From contig JAHRVG010000023.1 in NCBI GenBank assembly GCA_019090795.1, positions 16,178 through 80,177 on the forward strand: a DNA stretch of 64,000 nt, given 5' to 3'. The first letter of the stretch is position 1, and each line of letters starts with the position of its first letter. The position numbers were made by a program, and so were the translations under genes. The notes under the pieces were generated by a model that saw only the letters and a list, made by a program, of their open reading frames with translations, had not been told where the DNA came from and searched no databases. This DNA comes from Paracoccaceae bacterium (GTDB taxonomy: Bacteria; Pseudomonadota; Alphaproteobacteria; Rhodobacterales; Rhodobacteraceae). Below are positions 30,876-38,927 of this stretch, in pieces.

Positions 30876-31795
30876 ATGGCGGTGATTGCCTATTCGGGTA
30901 CAGCGGATAAAATTCTGGCAGGGACCAGTGGCAAGGACAGATATGTTATTGATCTGGCCTTGTTGGCAGACCACCGCACCCGGCTGAAAGATGCGGGCGG
31001 CAGTGATACGCTCCGGATCATTGACACAGACGGGGACTGGGCAACCCGGTCATTTATCAACACTGGCGACAAGCTGCTCTGGAAAGGCGGTGACGGGGGC
31101 AGGATTGTAGTCCCGCTGCTCGACGGGTTGCCGGAGATAGAGTTTCTGGAGTGGAGTACCGGCGCTGGCAGTGCGGTGCCGCGCCTGCAACTGACCACTG
31201 ACCTGAAACCCGAAAGCGGCGGAAATATCGCGATCATTGGCAGTCGCGGGGCTGACCAGATCATTGTGCCGGATGCGGGGGGGCGCGCCGCTGGGCGCAG
31301 CGAGGTGCATGCAGGGGGGGTGCGGATACGGTGACAGCCTCGGGAACAGAACTAACGGTGGTGTATGGCGGCAGCGGGGGCGATCTGATTATTACTTCAG
31401 GGCCCGCAGCAGGTGAATTCCACGGCGGGCGTCATGACGATGTGTTGTGGGGCTGCAAGGGGAATGACAGTCTTTACGGGGACCGGGGCAAGGATGATCT
31501 TTTCGGGGCTGCGGGCAAGGATATTCTCAAGGGAGGCAAGGGGAGGGACACACTTAATGGCGGGGCTGGTGCGGATATATTCGCCTTCAAAGGCACCAGA
31601 GACGAGGGTGTGGACACTGTGTCTGACTTTCAGGACGGGGTGGATGTCTTGCAAATCAGGGGGGGCAGTTTTGCCGGGCTGGAGATCAGTCAGAGCGGGG
31701 CAGATACTCGTATCACCCTGAGTGGCGGCACGGTGATTGTGTTGCTGGAGATTGACCAAAGCCTGATTGATGGCGCGGATTTTGATTTCGTATAG
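30876..31795 (+). pseudogene. RTX-repeat secreted protein split by a 1-nt deletion in a G7 run (31314-31320)
   Basis: ORFs 30876-31334 and 31331-31795 join into EVHAGGGADTVTASG if G7 becomes G8; the 920-nt span becomes 921 nt (306 aa); N-terminus paralogous to 31863 gene; RTX repeats and T1SS-type C-terminus. Confidence 0.75.
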
Positions 31796-31862
31796 ACAGT
31801 GTTGGCACTTGTTTGAGCACCATAATTATGTGACCCTTTGGAATATTTAACGGAGATAGCAA

Positions 31863-33314
31863 ATGGCGATTTTAACATATAGCGGTGCGTTGGATACGAC
31901 CCTGACCGGCACCACCAGCAGTGACTTTTACATTTTTGATCCTGCCCTTCTGGGCACCAATAGCACCACTATTTCCGATGGTGGCGGCGCTGACAAGTTG
32001 GTAATTTATGACTACATTGATGTGCGTGATGCCGGTGAATTTGAATACACTGGCAGCGCGCTGATCTGGCGCAACTATGAGGGAGGCGAGATCGTCATTC
32101 TTCTGGATGGGGATGGCAATCCGGTGATCGAGACGCTGGAGTGGCGTGCCGCCCCGAGCGATGGGACCTATCGCTATAGTCTCGAGATCACCACTGATTT
32201 GATGCCCAGCTCTGGCGGCTCTCTGGCGATTGCGGGCACTAGCGGGGATGATGTGATTGTGGGGCGTGATCACGGGGTTGATACTTTGGGGTGGAACGAG
32301 ATTTATGCCAATGTGGGCGATGACATCGTAACAACCTCGGCCAGCCAGTATTCGTATGTTTACGGCGGTGATGGCAATGACACAATCACCGCTGGTGGCG
32401 CGGCGGGCAGTGATCAGCGGGGCGATGGCGGCAATGACACCCTGACCGGTGGAGTGGCGGCTGATGCGCTGGCTGGCGGCACAGGCAAAGATACGCTTCA
32501 TGGTGGTGATGGTGATGACTCCCTGACGGGCGATGATGGCAAAGATGTGATCTATGACGGCTCGGGTGATGATACCGCGAATGGCGGCAAGGGGGATGAC
32601 ACCTTCTACATGGGCACCGGTGCAGACACGATTGAGGGCGGCGCGGGCAATGATACGCTGGTGGTGGATGTCAGCACCTCTGCGCGGGGCGATTACACAG
32701 TATTCTGGGACATGCTCACCGGTGCCCATGGGGCCAAGGAATTCACCACTACTCGTGATGTTTTTACCGGTATCGAAAACTACACCCTGATCGGTGAGGT
32801 TGATACAGATATTACCGGGGATGATAAGGACAGTTATTTTCTCACCGGTGGGGGCTGGGACACGCTGAGCGGGAGCGCGGGTAAAGATACGCTCGACAGT
32901 GGTGATGGGAATGACATCCTCAAGGGGGGCGGGGGCGACGATGTTCTTACGGCCGGCAAAGGTGGGGATGAGCTGGAGGGCGGTAAAGGTAACGACAAGC
33001 TGAAAGGCGGTAAAGGCAATGACGATCTTGAGGGGGGCAAAGGTAACGACAAGCTGACCGGGGGCGCGGGCAAAGACATATTTGTGTTCAAAAAGGCCGG
33101 TGGCAAAGACACCATCAAGGATTTTCAGGACGATAAAGACACCATTCAGCTGGATGACGCGCTTTGGAATGCTACCTTCAACAAGCAGAAAGTTATCAAC
33201 AAATTCGCCGAAGTGGTGGGTGATGATATTATTTTTGATTTTGGAAAACATGAGTTGAAAATCAAAGGCTTCAGTGATCTTACTGAACTGAAAGATGATT
33301 TCGATATCATTTAG
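31863..33314 (+). CDS. RTX (hemolysin-type Ca-binding) repeat protein, T1SS-type substrate
   Basis: Many GGxGxD nonapeptides, no signal peptide, C-terminal FVF..GKDTIKDFQ...DII; N-terminal domain unassigned. Confidence 0.85.
   Translation: MAILTYSGALDTTLTGTTSSDFYIFDPALLGTNSTTISDGGGADKLVIYDYIDVRDAGEFEYTGSALIWRNYEGGEIVILLDGDGNPVIETLEWRAAPSDGTYRYSLEITTDLMPSSGGSLAIAGTSGDDVIVGRDHGVDTLGWNEIYANVGDDIVTTSASQYSYVYGGDGNDTITAGGAAGSDQRGDGGNDTLTGGVAADALAGGTGKDTLHGGDGDDSLTGDDGKDVIYDGSGDDTANGGKGDDTFYMGTGADTIEGGAGNDTLVVDVSTSARGDYTVFWDMLTGAHGAKEFTTTRDVFTGIENYTLIGEVDTDITGDDKDSYFLTGGGWDTLSGSAGKDTLDSGDGNDILKGGGGDDVLTAGKGGDELEGGKGNDKLKGGKGNDDLEGGKGNDKLTGGAGKDIFVFKKAGGKDTIKDFQDDKDTIQLDDALWNATFNKQKVINKFAEVVGDDIIFDFGKHELKIKGFSDLTELKDDFDII
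33101..33299 (+). repeat. About 200-bp direct repeat, copy 1 (T1SS-signal-coding region)
   Basis: About 11 mismatches in 199 bp versus 34691-34889 by manual alignment. Confidence 0.9.
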
Positions 33315-33425
33315 CGTTCCGGGGCTGTTAAAAAACCGCAAAATCTGCTATCCATTTATTGTAATTTGGAGGCTTGCTTCCTGATGCGCCTTAAAGTGTT
33401 TTGTAATAATTCCAGAACCTCGCGC

Positions 33426-33447
33426 TGTTTCAGGCCAGCCTGAAACA
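33426..33447. promoter_or_regulatory. Perfect palindrome immediately upstream of serralysin-like gene (putative operator)
   Basis: TGTTTCAGGC-CA-GCCTGAAACA, 10-bp arms, 17 nt before ATG 33465. Confidence 0.4.
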
Positions 33448-33464
33448 TTGTGGGAAAAAATGAT

Positions 33465-34904
33465 ATGGCTGGAACCGGGCACGGAGTTGATTTTGAGGTA
33501 ACGGCGTCAGGTGTGCAGATTATCGATGCAGTGCTGGCGGGGTCGGTTTGGACCGATACAACAGTTACCTTCAGTTTTCCCGACAGCGGCAGCGATTACA
33601 TCGATTATGACACCAGCGAGCCGGACGGGGTAATCCCGCTGACTGCGCTGATGAAATCTGCGGCCCGATTTGTGCTCGATAAAGACGATGGCAACAGCGC
33701 CAACGACGGCTTTTCGATTGAGGGGTTTACCGCGCTCACCGTTGATTTTGTCACCAGCACAGGGGCGCATTTGCGTCTTGCCCAGACCAGCGAAGATCCG
33801 TTCGGTTATAATACTGCCTGGGGCGGGAACCCCTGGTGGAACCCCGAGGCGGGTGATGTCTGGTTTCATACTGAGGTCTATGATTACACCAACCCGAAAC
33901 CGGGGGCGCATAACTGGCGTACGCATTTGCACGAACTGGGCCATGCGATGGGGTTGAAACACGGACACGCTGACGAGGGTACCGGTTTTGGCACCTTGCC
34001 CGAAGGTATGGACAGCTATGAATATTCGGTGATGACCTATCGCAGCCACCCTGGGGCCGATCTGGCCACCCATTATGGCGAGTGGTCAGCCCCGCAGAGC
34101 TATATGATCGCTGATATTGCTGCCTTGCAATATCTTTACGGGGCCGACTATGACACCAACGCGGGCAACACTACTTATACTTGGACACCGGGCAGCGCGG
34201 ATACACAGGTCGACGGGGCGGTGGCGATTAGCCCGGGCGGAGATGTGATCCTCGCCACCATCTGGGATGGCGGCGGCATTGATACCTATGATCTGAGCGC
34301 CTATTCCAGCGCCTTGATGCTGGATCTGCGCCCCGGCGAACACTCGCGCTTTTCCGAAGCTCAGCGGGCTTGGCTTGGCGATGATTACTACGCGCGCGGC
34401 AATATCTTTAACGCATTGCTGTTTGAGGGTGATAAACGCTCCCTGATTGAGAATGCTACCGGTGGTAGCGGGAATGACAAGATCACCGGCAATGAAGCGG
34501 CAAATAAACTGCTTGGCGGTGCAGGGCGGGATCTGTTGAAAGGGCTGGAGGGCAAAGACCTGCTCAAAGGCGGCGGTGGCAAAGATAAGTTGCTTGGCGG
34601 CTCTGGCACCGATCAGCTGGATGGCGGCAAAGGCCGCGACCAGATGACGGGCGGTGGTGGCAAAGACAAGTTTGTGTTCAAAAAAGGCTATGGCAAAGAC
34701 ACCATCAAGGATTTTCAGGACGATAAAGACACCATTCAGCTGGATGACGCGCTCTGGAACGGCAGTTTCAACAAGCAGAAAGTCATCAACAAATTCGCCG
34801 AGGTGGTGGGTGATGATATTATTTTTGATTTTGGAAAACATGAGTTGAAAATCAAAAGCTTCAGTGATCTTACTGAACTAAAGGATGATCTGGATTTTAT
34901 CTGA
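33465..34904 (+). CDS. Serralysin-like M10B metalloprotease with RTX repeats
   Basis: HELGHAMGLKH zinc motif, Met-turn YSVMTY, DIAALQYLYG, TIWDGGGIDT, IENATGGSGND, RTX tail. Confidence 0.92.
   Translation: MAGTGHGVDFEVTASGVQIIDAVLAGSVWTDTTVTFSFPDSGSDYIDYDTSEPDGVIPLTALMKSAARFVLDKDDGNSANDGFSIEGFTALTVDFVTSTGAHLRLAQTSEDPFGYNTAWGGNPWWNPEAGDVWFHTEVYDYTNPKPGAHNWRTHLHELGHAMGLKHGHADEGTGFGTLPEGMDSYEYSVMTYRSHPGADLATHYGEWSAPQSYMIADIAALQYLYGADYDTNAGNTTYTWTPGSADTQVDGAVAISPGGDVILATIWDGGGIDTYDLSAYSSALMLDLRPGEHSRFSEAQRAWLGDDYYARGNIFNALLFEGDKRSLIENATGGSGNDKITGNEAANKLLGGAGRDLLKGLEGKDLLKGGGGKDKLLGGSGTDQLDGGKGRDQMTGGGGKDKFVFKKGYGKDTIKDFQDDKDTIQLDDALWNGSFNKQKVINKFAEVVGDDIIFDFGKHELKIKSFSDLTELKDDLDFI
34691..34889 (+). 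repeat. About 200-bp direct repeat, copy 2
   Basis: Offset 1590 bp from copy 1. Confidence 0.9.
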
Positions 34905-35084
34905 ACCTGCCTTTCTGCGGGTTGCTGTGTTGCCTTGGGCATGGCCAAGGGGCAACACCTCGGGAAGTGTGACAATTTTTGCGACTAAATTTTAGTGTTT
35001 CTCAAGGATTTATGGTAAGTTCTTAACTAAAGTGGGCAAAAAATGACCCGCATGAGCGGCAAGTATCAGAGGCAGTGACATATT

Positions 35085-36749
35085 ATGAGACCGACAGATC
35101 CCCCTCCATCGAATGTTTTCGAAACCGCCGATGCCGCTAACGGGCTGGATACGGCCTATCTTCTAGGGCCGGGTAACAGCTTTTTTGGCACGCTGGAGAG
35201 TGGCGATACAGACTGGATCGCGGTTCAGCTGGGTATCGGGTCAGTGTATAATTTTCAGGTGATGGGCACGGGCGGGGATGCCTTGCCCGATAGCAGGGCA
35301 CACCTTAATCTGTACACCTATAACGGTACGCTGGTTACACGTGATGATGTGACAGGGGATGATGGGGATGGCATTTCCGCAGATATCTGGTTTCGCGCGG
35401 AATATAATGGCATCTATTATCTGAAGGTCGGCTCTCTGAGCACCGGAGACTATGAGCTGGCGAGCGAAGTTACCGTGGATTTTCCGCCGTTTTTTGTTGA
35501 TGTGGATACAATCGCGGAACAGCTGACAACGGGATATTGGGCCCAATTTGGTGAAGGTCAGCGCCGCTTTGATGTGAGCGCCGGTGAAACGCTAAGTGTC
35601 AATATCACCGGGTTGACCACTGCAGGTCAGTATCTGGCAACCGAGGCGCTTGCCGCCTGGACCGCAGTGACCGGGATAGGGTTCAATTTTGTGGCAATCC
35701 CTGATGGCGCAGATATTGTTTTCGATGATGAGGAAGAGGGCGCTTTTGCCAGTGCATCGGTAGCGCCGACCCCTGATCTGGAAAAACCTGTGTTTATCAC
35801 CAGCGCCACGGTCAATGTCTCGGCTGATTGGCTGACTGATTATGGCACAGGGCTGGATACCTATAGTTTTGAGACTTACATCCATGAAATCGGTCATGCG
35901 CTGGGGTTGGGGCATGCGGGGAACTATAACGGTACCGCGACCTATGGCGTCAGCAACAAGTTCCTCAATGACAGCTGGCAGGCGACGGTGATGTCTTATT
36001 TCAGTCAGGATGAAAATCCGGTGATTGATGCGGATTATGCGGCAACCATCACCCCGATGCTGGCAGATCTGCTGGCAATCCAGACATTATACGATACGGC
36101 GGATGATCTGCGGGCCGGGGATACGGTTTACGGCGTTGGCTCCACTGCGGGGGGATATTACGATGATCTGGTGTCGATGCGCAATCCGGTGACCCTGACC
36201 ATACTGGATCATGGCGGGGTGGATACCATCAATATGTCTATTGTCACGGCAACTCCTATGGATCAATTGATCGACCTGCGCTCCGAGGCTATTTCCAGTG
36301 TCCTTGGCTTGAAGGGTAATCTGATTATCGCGCGCGGCACAGTGATTGAAAACGCTATTGGCGGCGCGGGGGATGATGTGCTGAAGGGCAATAGTGTCGC
36401 AAACATCCTGACCGGCGGGCAGGGGCAGGACCGGCTGCGCGGTGCTCAGGGCCGGGATGTCCTGAAGGGCGGCAAAGGTGATGACGTGCTGATTGGCGGC
36501 AAAGGGGCTGATGCCTTTGTGTTTAAGACCAAAGGTGGCAAAGACACCATTCGTGATTTTCAGGATGACAGAGACACCATCCGACTGGATGATGCGCTCT
36601 GGAGCGGCACCCTGACCAAACAACAGCTGGTTGATACATTCGCATCGGTCGTGGGCAGTGATATTGTCTTTGATTTTGGCGCGGAAGAGTTGAAAATCAA
36701 AGGCTTCACGGACTTAAGTGAACTGGCCGATGATCTGAGTATTATTTGA
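35085..36749 (+). CDS. Serralysin-like M10 metalloprotease with N-terminal PPC-like domain and RTX repeats
   Basis: N-terminal GTLESGDTDWIAVQL..YYLKV (PPC-like), HEIGHALGLGHAGNY, Met-turn TVMSYF, IENAIGGAGDD, RTX tail. Confidence 0.9.
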   Translation: MRPTDPPPSNVFETADAANGLDTAYLLGPGNSFFGTLESGDTDWIAVQLGIGSVYNFQVMGTGGDALPDSRAHLNLYTYNGTLVTRDDVTGDDGDGISADIWFRAEYNGIYYLKVGSLSTGDYELASEVTVDFPPFFVDVDTIAEQLTTGYWAQFGEGQRRFDVSAGETLSVNITGLTTAGQYLATEALAAWTAVTGIGFNFVAIPDGADIVFDDEEEGAFASASVAPTPDLEKPVFITSATVNVSADWLTDYGTGLDTYSFETYIHEIGHALGLGHAGNYNGTATYGVSNKFLNDSWQATVMSYFSQDENPVIDADYAATITPMLADLLAIQTLYDTADDLRAGDTVYGVGSTAGGYYDDLVSMRNPVTLTILDHGGVDTINMSIVTATPMDQLIDLRSEAISSVLGLKGNLIIARGTVIENAIGGAGDDVLKGNSVANILTGGQGQDRLRGAQGRDVLKGGKGDDVLIGGKGADAFVFKTKGGKDTIRDFQDDRDTIRLDDALWSGTLTKQQLVDTFASVVGSDIVFDFGAEELKIKGFTDLSELADDLSII

Positions 36750-36804
36750 TACAAAACCCATGAGACTGTGATGTTCTACACTGTCCACCCCAGCGGGTAA
36801 CGGC

Positions 36805-36833
36805 TCAGGGCGTTCTATTTTGAAACGCCCTGA
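36805..36833. terminator. Hairpin downstream of RTX protease (terminator or REP-like)
   Basis: TCAGGGCGTT-N9-AACGCCCTGA, 10-bp arms. Confidence 0.5.
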
Positions 36834-37005
36834 TTAGCATGTGCATCTTTAGGACCTAGTTTATTCTCAACGTTACCTTCACGGGTCCGCACACTGATGA
36901 TTTCCTTGACTGAGATCAATTCAATCGAGCGTGAAACGTTCTATATGAACTCGGCTCATGGCCTCACTGACCCTAACTTTAACAAGCGGAGTAAACATTC
37001 CAAAA

Positions 37006-38469
37006 ATGTCGCTCATTGAAAAACTCAGCCAGCCCGTTTTCATAGATGGTGGGTGGATACGACCCCTTATCCAGGGGGGTAAAGGGGTCGGTGCTACAAA
37101 CGGCGTAAGCGCTGGGGTCTGGGCGGCAGAAAATGCAGCGGGTACCATTGCGGCCATTGGTGCAGCCATTGGCTATGATAAAGAGGGTTGCGAGGTACCT
37201 TACTCTTACGAGGCGAAGACGCGTCATGGGCGCTTTGAAGAGATGCTGTCAATGTCAGTAAAGGGATGTCAATTACAGGTCGACATCGCCCATAATGCCT
37301 GCAACGGCAAGGGGCGTATCCGAATAAACTTTCTCAAAATGGCCGGTGGCTCCATGCGCATTATGCGCGAGGTTTTGGCGGCAACCCGTTTGGCTGGTGG
37401 TGGTAATAAAATTCACGCCGTAACGATGGGCGCTGGCCTAGCCTCTGAAGAAGATGCTCGGATCTGCGCCGATGAAGGTATTTATCTAGATCCGATCATT
37501 TCCAGCGTTATGGCCTTAAAGGTTCTGTTAAGCCGTACCTATAGAAACTGGGCAGGCCGATACGCAGAAGTCATCGGGGCTGTGGTCTATGAAGATCCAT
37601 GGCTAGCCGGTGGACACAATGGCATCACCAGCCGGGAAAACCCTGATGAACCACAAGCCCCTTATGAACGCGTGAAGGCTTTGCGTAAAATCATGAACGA
37701 TAATGGCATGCAGGATGTTGCCATCATCATGGCTGGGGGTGTCTGGCATTTACGCGATTGGCAAAACTGGCTGGATAATCCGGAAATCGGCCCGATAGCA
37801 TTCCAGATCGGTACGCGGGATCTGTTGACCAAAGAATGCCCCATAAGCAAAGAGTGGAAAGACCTTTTGTTCGATATGAAAGAAGAGGATGTGGTCCTCA
37901 ACAAGTTCAGCCCCACCGGGTTTTATTCATCGGCATATAATAATGGCATGATGCATGAGCTATATGAACGCTCGAACAGGCAGGTACCTTTTGCACCAAA
38001 AATTTCCAATAGCTTGAACAATCCCGTCGAGGGCCCCGGCGTGCCCGTCAACAGTTATGGTGTTTCGCCAGAAGACAAAGAGAAGGTGGATTTCTGGATT
38101 GCACAAGGGTTTGCAATCCCCTTGCGTACACCTGATGATACACTGATTTTTGTAACCAAGGAAAAGGCATTGGAGATCAAGTCTCACAAGACCGATTGTG
38201 TGGGTTGTATTTCCACTTGCAAACTTAGCACGTGGTGTGAGGACGCCGGTAAAAAATATTCAACGGGCAAACTACCCGATCCGCGCGTTCATTGTATTCG
38301 CAAAGGGCTGCAAGAGGCTATTGGGGGAAAGAATCTGGATAAATCCCTCATTTTTTCTGGCCACAATGCATATAAAGCGGGTGATGACCCGTTCTACCGC
38401 GGTGAAAATGGCTGTGTTTTCATTCCCACGGTAAAGCAACTTATTGAACGCCTGACAACAGGCGATTAA
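37006..38469 (+). CDS. Nitronate monooxygenase-like FMN oxidoreductase (YrpB/FabK/FabX superfamily)
   Basis: PLIQGGKGVG, VTMGAG, VYEDPWLAGGHNG, IIMAGG, AFQIGTR, CVGCISTC, LIFSGHNAY; start set at ATG 37006. Confidence 0.8.
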   Translation: MSLIEKLSQPVFIDGGWIRPLIQGGKGVGATNGVSAGVWAAENAAGTIAAIGAAIGYDKEGCEVPYSYEAKTRHGRFEEMLSMSVKGCQLQVDIAHNACNGKGRIRINFLKMAGGSMRIMREVLAATRLAGGGNKIHAVTMGAGLASEEDARICADEGIYLDPIISSVMALKVLLSRTYRNWAGRYAEVIGAVVYEDPWLAGGHNGITSRENPDEPQAPYERVKALRKIMNDNGMQDVAIIMAGGVWHLRDWQNWLDNPEIGPIAFQIGTRDLLTKECPISKEWKDLLFDMKEEDVVLNKFSPTGFYSSAYNNGMMHELYERSNRQVPFAPKISNSLNNPVEGPGVPVNSYGVSPEDKEKVDFWIAQGFAIPLRTPDDTLIFVTKEKALEIKSHKTDCVGCISTCKLSTWCEDAGKKYSTGKLPDPRVHCIRKGLQEAIGGKNLDKSLIFSGHNAYKAGDDPFYRGENGCVFIPTVKQLIERLTTGD

Positions 38470-38479
38470 GAGCTGCCCC

Positions 38480-38528
38480 TAAAGCATTCCGATTTAACGC
38501 TGAGACACCCAGTGGATCGAAATGCTAG
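38480..38528. repeat. Short intergenic inverted-repeat element (TAAAGC... family)
   Basis: AGCATTCCGAT ... ATCGAAATGCT imperfect terminal arms about 50 bp apart. Confidence 0.4.
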
Positions 38529-38864
38529 CATTATCAGTACCTTGAAGTGCTGTCAGGGTTCTAACGTGTTTCACGTTTAAACCGAATTGCTTTAGCTATA
38601 GCGTTGGTGTCTGCCGGAGAGTGTGATCAGCTACTCGCGCCGTCGCGCGCCTTCCTAAAGCGTTGCTTGATCTTGAAATTCCAATCAGCCCACAGGCATG
38701 CGGTAAAGCAGAGGCAGGCCCAATTTGATAAAAGTTGATCAAGATCACAGTATCTGGAATTCGAATCAATTAACCTGTTGGGTGACCGAAGGAAATTCTC
38801 CCTCGGAGATGATGGTTTGCAAGAACCGGTGCATCCATGGCCGTGTTCACGGCTGTGATAAACC

Positions 38865-38915
38865 TAGAGCGTTTTACGTTTTCCGGGAAACTCGGGTGAA
38901 ACGGATAACGCCTTA
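38865..38915. repeat. Short intergenic inverted-repeat element (TAGAGCG... family)
   Basis: TAGAGCGTTTTACGTTT ... AAACGGATAACGCCTTA imperfect arms; abuts the RBS of the next gene. Confidence 0.45.
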
Positions 38916-38927
38916 ATGGAGGAAAAA

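Noticed and set aside
31872-33341. 489-aa antisense ORF, and similar long shadow ORFs (e.g. 34086-34841, 38864-39805, 61612-62364, 62862-63626)
   Set aside because: They lie opposite well-supported genes, have no recognisable motifs, and are expected from codon bias in GC-rich or repetitive CDSs.
38567-38582. TGTTTCACGTTTAAAC resembling chromosomal parS
   Set aside because: Only one half-site matches; the right arm has several mismatches.
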